DNA of 10,700 nucleotides from a candidate division WOR-3 bacterium (lineage in GTDB: Bacteria > Hydrothermota > Tepidihabitantia > Tepidihabitantales > Tepidihabitantaceae). A program made the translations under genes and the position numbers. Below, in pieces: positions 6,152 to 10,700 of this stretch; the stretch's first letter is position 1, and each line of letters begins with the position of its first letter. The stretch covers positions 1 to 10,700 of the forward strand of contig CBFGIY010000077.1 in assembly GCA_965648935.1 (NCBI GenBank). Reading direction: 5' to 3'. The notes below the pieces were generated by a model. It searched no databases, was not told the origin of the DNA, and saw nothing but the letters and a program-made list of their open reading frames with translations.

Positions 6152-9100
6152 TTACTGCGCCAGCAGCCGCTCGAAGTACTGCCTGATCATGTCTTCATAC
6201 TCGACCGGATACCCGGCCTTCAGGGCACGCATCAGCTCCTCACGCAGGAGCCGGTTCCGTTCTCCCCGGTCAAGCGGCATGACCGGCCTTGCCTTCAGCT
6301 CAAATGCCTTGCCCGACTCGCTCTCGCGCTCCTCCTTGAACCCCTGCTGCCTCAGGCTCCGCTGGGCATCGAGCAGATGAGAAAGGATGCTCTGCTGCCG
6401 TTCAATCAGCTCCCGGGTGACGTTCAGGTCAGCCAGGTCCCGCTCCACGCCTTCCATCTCGTCGAGCAACTGGTCGAGGCTGGCGGTCAGGCCCGGCCTG
6501 GTCCCGCCCATGTTCTGAAGCATCTGCTGCAGTTGCTCGCGCACCGAGCGCTGCAAAGACAGCACCCGGGCTAGTGCCTGCATCTGGGCCGGGGTCAGGC
6601 CCCCAGGCAGGGGAATCGGTATCCCGCCCATCTCTGAGTTGGCGCCCATCTGGTCCTGAGTCATCTTCGACAACTGCTCAAGCAGACTCTCCAGCCCGCC
6701 CGACATACCGCCGCCCTTCTGCGCCTGACCCAGCGCGTCGAGCAGGGCCAGAGCCGTCTGATTCAGGCCGGCACGGGCTGCAGCCGAGTTCTGCCGTGCC
6801 GCGCCCAGATTGTTGTCAACCATGCCCTGGGCCCCGGACTGCATCGCCCCGACCGCCCGCACCAGCTCCTGGGCAAGCTGCGGCGACACCGACATCGACT
6901 GGCTGGCCAGGCTGGTCAGGCTCTCGGCCACGACCTGGACTGCTGCGGCCAGCCCCATCTGCTGCCCGGCCAGGGGCGCAAGGTCGGCCCGGCCCGCAAG
7001 TCCGCGCTCAAGTTGTTCCTGCTCGCGCGACAGCTCGACCACGTCACCGGCCACAGCGGCAAGCCGGCGTGCAATCTCGCCTGACCGCTTCGACTTCAGC
7101 CTTTCACTCAGACGCGCAAGAGACTGTGAAGTCCTCTTCAGCTCCTGGCCCAGCCTCTGGCTTCTGTTCTTCGACTCACCGGTCCGACCGCTCTTCATCT
7201 CGCTCGCCAGTTGTTCTGCGGTCTTGGACATCTGCTCCTTGTCCATCTCCTGTGCCAGCTCGGCCAGCGAGTCTGCGATTTCCTGGTCAGACATCGAATC
7301 AGCCAGATTCTCCATCTCCTGCTTCAGGGCATCAAGTCCTTGTTTGACTTCAGACTGCATCCGTGCCGACTGCTCGGCCGGGTTCTGACCCAGTTGCTCG
7401 GTCAGTCGTTCCTGCAACCTGGCCAGCTCATCTGCTTTGCGGGCCAGTGCCTCAAGCCGCTGCTCTTCGGCAATCTTCTTCAACAGTTCCAGGGCCCGCT
7501 CGATGCTGGCCTTAAGCCGGTCCTGGTCGAGTTGGAACCGGTCCAGAGCCCGGCGCAGGTCAGGCGCGTTCTGGTCCAGCCGGCGGCGCAGCTCAGCCAG
7601 CGACTGCTGTAGCTCGCGGGGCAGAATCTGTGAGAGCAGCTCCTGCAACTGCCCAAGCTGCTCCATTGACGACTGGTCCATGGTCATCCCCTCAAGCATT
7701 TCGTCCATCATCTGCGCCACTTCCTGCCTCAATTCCTGAATCTGCTCCATCAGCCCTTCCTGGCCCGAGAGCATCTGCCTGAGCGCCTGCTGCTCATCCC
7801 ATGAGAGTTCCCGGCTCCGCTTCATCTCCTCAGCAATCCGAGAAAGCTCCGCGCCAAGCTGCTCCTGCTGGGACTGCTGATTGCCCAGCTCCCGGGTCGT
7901 CCGCTCGGTCTGTTGGACCGCAGCATCGTACATCTCGGTCACGGTCGGAAACCGGACCCGGAAGACTTCGCTTCGGCTCCGCTTGGGCCCGGAGACCAGG
8001 TCGTTGTCCGTAACCGTGACGTAGTAGCTCAGCTCCTCGCCCGGCAGCAGACCGAGCTCAGACAGGTCCCAGTAGTACAAGGTCGTATCCTCGCGCCGGC
8101 CCGGAATCTGCTTCAGGCGCAACCGACGCGCCGGGCTGGTGTCGGCTCCCAGACCGCCGACCACCTGCCAGTGCAGGCTCAGTTCGCCCAGACCAAAGTC
8201 GTCAATGCTGTTCACTCCGAGCAGCACTTTCATGCTCATCGGCATGTCCACGTCTCGGCCCGGTGCGAACAGCTTGACAAACGGCGGCTCATCGTCCAGT
8301 GCGCGCACGCGGATTGCGGCTGCGGTCTGCAAGACCCGGTCGTCGGTATCGGCCAGGTCAAGGACGCCACTGGCATCACCGTTCACGGTGAAGCCAACGC
8401 TGAACCGGCTCGAATCTTCGGGCGCAAGCGCGACACTGACCGTGTCCGGGCCGAGAACCAGCCTGCCCTCAGCCATTGGCCGGTCGGTCTCGCCTTCGAT
8501 ATACACGCTCGTTCCCTTCAGAGCGCTGATATCCGTGCTTGTGGTGCGTAATTCCTTCAGCCCCGAGTACGCCGGATACCGGCAGTTCACGACCAGCCGC
8601 GTAACCTTGAGTGGCGCCATCACCCGAACAAGATGCTCGCGCGAACTGACCGACAGCACCCGGAAACGATATGTGAACCCGGCATCAGCCGGCAAGGCCA
8701 CTATCGCTGTGTCTTCATCCAGCTTGACCGGCATCCGCTCACCGGCTCCTGAGGAGCGGCCCCGGGCCCGGCGCTCGAACACGACCCGACTGAACACGCC
8801 CGCGGGTTCGACCCGGCAGCGCAGGGCAACGCTGCTGCCTGGGGTCACCGCAGTATCGCCGGTCAATGCCTCGACCCGCACCTCCAGCCGCGAAGGAGCA
8901 AAGGCATTTGCCAGCCCGACCCGGGCTCGGCCCAACTGCACGAAGCCGAAGAACACGCCCAGAGACAGAACCAGACCCAGCGCCGAAAGAACCAGCCTGG
9001 CTCGGCTCACCAGTCGACCGATCGGCAGCGGTGCGAGCAATCTCTCGGCGTCGGCCACCGCGGCATCGACCAGCTCGATTGAGTAGCCCTCGGCGCGGTC

Positions 9101-9415
9101 GACCTGGTACGCAGAGAGCTCAAGCGCACTCGCCAACCTGCCCCTTGTTTCCATGAACTTCTCTTCAACATCGTGCGCCGTCCGCACCAGCCCGTCCCTT
9201 CTGAGCCAGTGCCAGCCCAGCGCAACCACCGGCACGGCGAGAACCACCAGCACCCAGCCGGACCAGAACAGCACCGCAACCACAACCGCGGCCAGCACGG
9301 CCAGGGCCAGACCGGCAAGCAGAACCGCGGCCAAGTCATTGACCAGCCGCTGCCGACTCAACCGACCGAGCCGGGTCCGGAGCAGCAATCCGCGTGTTGA
9401 CTTATCGTACATCAC
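6152..9415 (-). CDS. DUF4175-like large membrane-anchored protein (TM helices, beta-rich domains, long Gln/Glu/Leu coiled coil)
   Basis: N-terminal TM segments, RLASALEL, YPAYSGL, DEPPFV, DDFGL, LLPGEELSYYVTVTDND..SGPK, a long coiled coil, and C-terminal YPVEYEDMIRQYFERL. Start GTG 9415 or ATG 9412. Confidence 0.85.
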   Translation of the reverse strand: MMYDKSTRGLLLRTRLGRLSRQRLVNDLAAVLLAGLALAVLAAVVVAVLFWSGWVLVVLAVPVVALGWHWLRRDGLVRTAHDVEEKFMETRGRLASALELSAYQVDRAEGYSIELVDAAVADAERLLAPLPIGRLVSRARLVLSALGLVLSLGVFFGFVQLGRARVGLANAFAPSRLEVRVEALTGDTAVTPGSSVALRCRVEPAGVFSRVVFERRARGRSSGAGERMPVKLDEDTAIVALPADAGFTYRFRVLSVSSREHLVRVMAPLKVTRLVVNCRYPAYSGLKELRTTSTDISALKGTSVYIEGETDRPMAEGRLVLGPDTVSVALAPEDSSRFSVGFTVNGDASGVLDLADTDDRVLQTAAAIRVRALDDEPPFVKLFAPGRDVDMPMSMKVLLGVNSIDDFGLGELSLHWQVVGGLGADTSPARRLRLKQIPGRREDTTLYYWDLSELGLLPGEELSYYVTVTDNDLVSGPKRSRSEVFRVRFPTVTEMYDAAVQQTERTTRELGNQQSQQEQLGAELSRIAEEMKRSRELSWDEQQALRQMLSGQEGLMEQIQELRQEVAQMMDEMLEGMTMDQSSMEQLGQLQELLSQILPRELQQSLAELRRRLDQNAPDLRRALDRFQLDQDRLKASIERALELLKKIAEEQRLEALARKADELARLQERLTEQLGQNPAEQSARMQSEVKQGLDALKQEMENLADSMSDQEIADSLAELAQEMDKEQMSKTAEQLASEMKSGRTGESKNRSQRLGQELKRTSQSLARLSERLKSKRSGEIARRLAAVAGDVVELSREQEQLERGLAGRADLAPLAGQQMGLAAAVQVVAESLTSLASQSMSVSPQLAQELVRAVGAMQSGAQGMVDNNLGAARQNSAAARAGLNQTALALLDALGQAQKGGGMSGGLESLLEQLSKMTQDQMGANSEMGGIPIPLPGGLTPAQMQALARVLSLQRSVREQLQQMLQNMGGTRPGLTASLDQLLDEMEGVERDLADLNVTRELIERQQSILSHLLDAQRSLRQQGFKEERESESGKAFELKARPVMPLDRGERNRLLREELMRALKAGYPVEYEDMIRQYFERLLAQ

Positions 9416-9445
9416 CGGGGAACGTGTCCTTATGAATCAAGACAG

Positions 9446-9475
9446 ATTATATCGACCATCGGTTGCCCGTGCCAG
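9446..9475 (-). promoter_or_regulatory. Putative sigma70 promoter for the DUF4175-TPR operon
   Basis: Minus strand: CTGGCA (9475-9470), 18 nt, perfect TATAAT (9451-9446). AAGGA (9431-9427) lies upstream of the GTG start. Confidence 0.55.
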
Positions 9476-9515
9476 CTTTGAACGGACAACCGCCGATAGA
9501 GTTCCGGGGTGTCTC

Positions 9516-9769
9516 CCTAGTTCCGATATTGCGGTGTGAATTGGAGTGAAGAAAAGAGGCTGCCTTGCTTCAGTCATCGGCGTCTAACGAGTACGCTAAT
9601 ACTTCACCCGTCAGGTGACATGAAAGGCAGCCAGGTATTTGGACGCAGTGTAACTCAGGAACGGCTCGATTTCCAGATTGCGCCAACCTCCGATACTATC
9701 ACCAGTCGGGCAGATCTGGCCCTGTTTCAGGAAGCCGCACTGGTGCTGGGTGTCCGTAAGAGGATTATT
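9516..9769 (+). mobile_element. Truncated left end of an IS1380-family element
   Basis: Begins CCTAGTTCCGATA, resembling CC-starting IS1380/ISEcp1-type terminal IRs. Leader inverted repeat GGCTGCCTT 9558-9566 / AAGGCAGCC 9624-9632. Followed by a transposase-like N-terminus. Confidence 0.6.
9620..9769 (+). pseudogene. N-terminal fragment of an IS1380-family transposase
   Basis: QERLDFQIAPTSDTITSRADLALFQEAALVLGV resembles the QxxLxF...ITSRAGLALF start of IS1380 transposases. Resemblance ends at about 9769. Confidence 0.6.
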
Positions 9770-9894
9770 GGGGACGGTACCCATTTAGGCAGTTGTGTCG
9801 TCAATAGCCATCGCCATTCTGCACTCTGCATTCTGAAATCTGACTTGCCTCAGCATGACCATCCCCTGGCTGGTAAGGGGGACGGTTCCCCTTT
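9770..9894. repeat. Pair of 17-bp quasi-palindromic direct repeats (REP-like)
   Basis: GGGGACGGTACCCATTT (9770-9786) and GGGGACGGTTCCCCTTT (9878-9894), 15/17 identical, 108 bp apart. Confidence 0.65.
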
Positions 9895-10145
9895 CCGAAC
9901 CCCCTGCCCCGACCCCGGCCGAACCCCATTGGGCAGCCCCAGGCGAAGCGGCTACGCCGGCCCCTGCCCCAGTCCTTTCGGCAACCCCTGCGCCTGCCGC
10001 CGCCCCGGGGGTTTCGGCGGCCCGCGCCCTGGCCCGATGCGTTCGCGGGTCCCAGACCCGGACCCAGACCGGTGCCGACCCCCCTGCCCATCCGCCCGCG
10101 CCTCCCCTTGCCCAAGCCACTGCGATAGCCCTCGGGCCGGCGCAA
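9801..10145 (-). CDS. Gly/Arg-rich small protein, loosely DUF5320-like; 3' end possibly rearranged
   Basis: GGAGG (10156-10152) lies 6 nt before TTG 10145. Contains GTGLGPGLGP and MGFGRGRGRGFG. The C-terminal ~30 codons read through repeat DNA. Confidence 0.5.
   Translation of the reverse strand: MRRPEGYRSGLGKGRRGRMGRGVGTGLGPGLGPANASGQGAGRRNPRGGGRRRGCRKDWGRGRRSRFAWGCPMGFGRGRGRGFGKGNRPPYQPGDGHAEASQISECRVQNGDGY
9811..9845. repeat. 7-bp tandem repeat tract
   Basis: TCGCCAT TCTGCAC TCTGCAT TCTGAAA TCTGACT. Confidence 0.7.
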
Positions 10146-10167
10146 GACCGCCCTCCGGCTTTTTCGT

Positions 10168-10700
10168 CTGACTTACCCCCACATGCTGCGGCTCTGATTA
10201 CTGGCTGGTGTGTCGAGACGCGAGAGGTCTGACGCGGCGACGTAGTCGGTGACATTACTGTGACACGGAGCGTAGGGCGCGGCCTTGTTCCGAAAAAGGC
10301 GCGCATATCCCGCTGCATGGTGGTATCTGTTGCTGTCGTGAAGGCTGCTCAGCCGTCAGCGCCGGGCTGCTCTTCTGGCCCACACCGCCGACATGACGCG
10401 ACCAGCGTAGCCGGTAGACCAACACCACCAGCCGTACGAAACTGACATCGGACTGCCGTTTCACCACGCGCAACTGCTCGGCAACCGCCCGTGGATACAG
10501 ATAGGCAGTAACGCCGGCGGTGACCATGGCCACCAGCAGCAGGTGCGCGACCCGCTGCTCGACGTCCTTCCGAGGACGCAGCCGCTTGAGCCCGAGCGTG
10601 GTCTTCAGGTCGCGGAAGTCTTCCTCAATCCGCATCCGCAACCGGTACCGCTCCTGCGCCTCGGAGGCCGGCAGGTCGGTCACCAGATAGACCAGCTCCT
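10168..10700 (-). mobile_element. Right end of an IS4-family (IS10-like) insertion sequence
   Basis: Terminal IR CTGACTTACCCCCACA (10168-10183) resembles IS10-type CTGA-N4/5-CCCC ends and lies downstream of the transposase. Confidence 0.75.
10255..10700 (-). CDS. C-terminal part of an IS4-family DDE transposase, 5' end outside the window
   Basis: YLVTDL...YRLRMRIEEDFRDLKTTLGL is the Y-(2)-R-(3)-E-(6)-K signature of IS4 transposases. Confidence 0.9.
   Translation of the reverse strand, partial: ELVYLVTDLPASEAQERYRLRMRIEEDFRDLKTTLGLKRLRPRKDVEQRVAHLLLVAMVTAGVTAYLYPRAVAEQLRVVKRQSDVSFVRLVVLVYRLRWSRHVGGVGQKSSPALTAEQPSRQQQIPPCSGICAPFSEQGRALRSVSQ

Noticed and set aside
4471..9539. Numerous + strand ORFs of 60-315 aa opposite the TPR and DUF4175-like genes
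   Set aside because: Antisense shadow ORFs expected from high-GC codon usage (Ser/Arg/Ala-rich, no motifs).
9780..9816. Fluoride riboswitch (GGCGATGG on the minus strand)
   Set aside because: The following GTTCGCC pairing segment and the 3' GCTRATGAC..CTAC motif are absent; the match falls in the heptamer tract.
9970..10030. c-di-GMP-I riboswitch (GGGGTTGCCGAAA on the minus strand)
   Set aside because: No GGCAAAC/GCAAAGC core upstream; better explained by Gly/Arg codons.
9536..10318. ORFs 9536-10171 (+), 9855-10232 (+), 9785-10318 (-) and 9952-10182 (-) as real genes
   Set aside because: They cross IS boundaries or are shadow frames of GC-rich low-complexity DNA. Only the 9620-9769 part has transposase character.

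Overview
GC-rich bacterial window with a core block of two convergent transcription units. The + strand carries glyS (glycyl-tRNA synthetase beta subunit, no adjacent glyQ, apparently leaderless), a DUF192 lipoprotein and an alpha/beta hydrolase. The - strand carries a large DUF4175-like membrane/coiled-coil protein and a TPR protein. Both flanks are mobile-element rich. Left: the right end of an rve/DDE-type IS, then a sigma70-like promoter in front of a ~110-nt element with mutually exclusive helices, then a heptamer repeat tract. Right: a truncated IS1380-like left end, a ~125-bp module bounded by near-identical GGGGACGGT(A/T)CCC(A/C)TTT motifs with heptamer repeats inside, a Gly/Arg-rich ORF, and the right end of an IS4 (IS10-like) element. 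All family assignments come from motif recognition by eye, not from searches.
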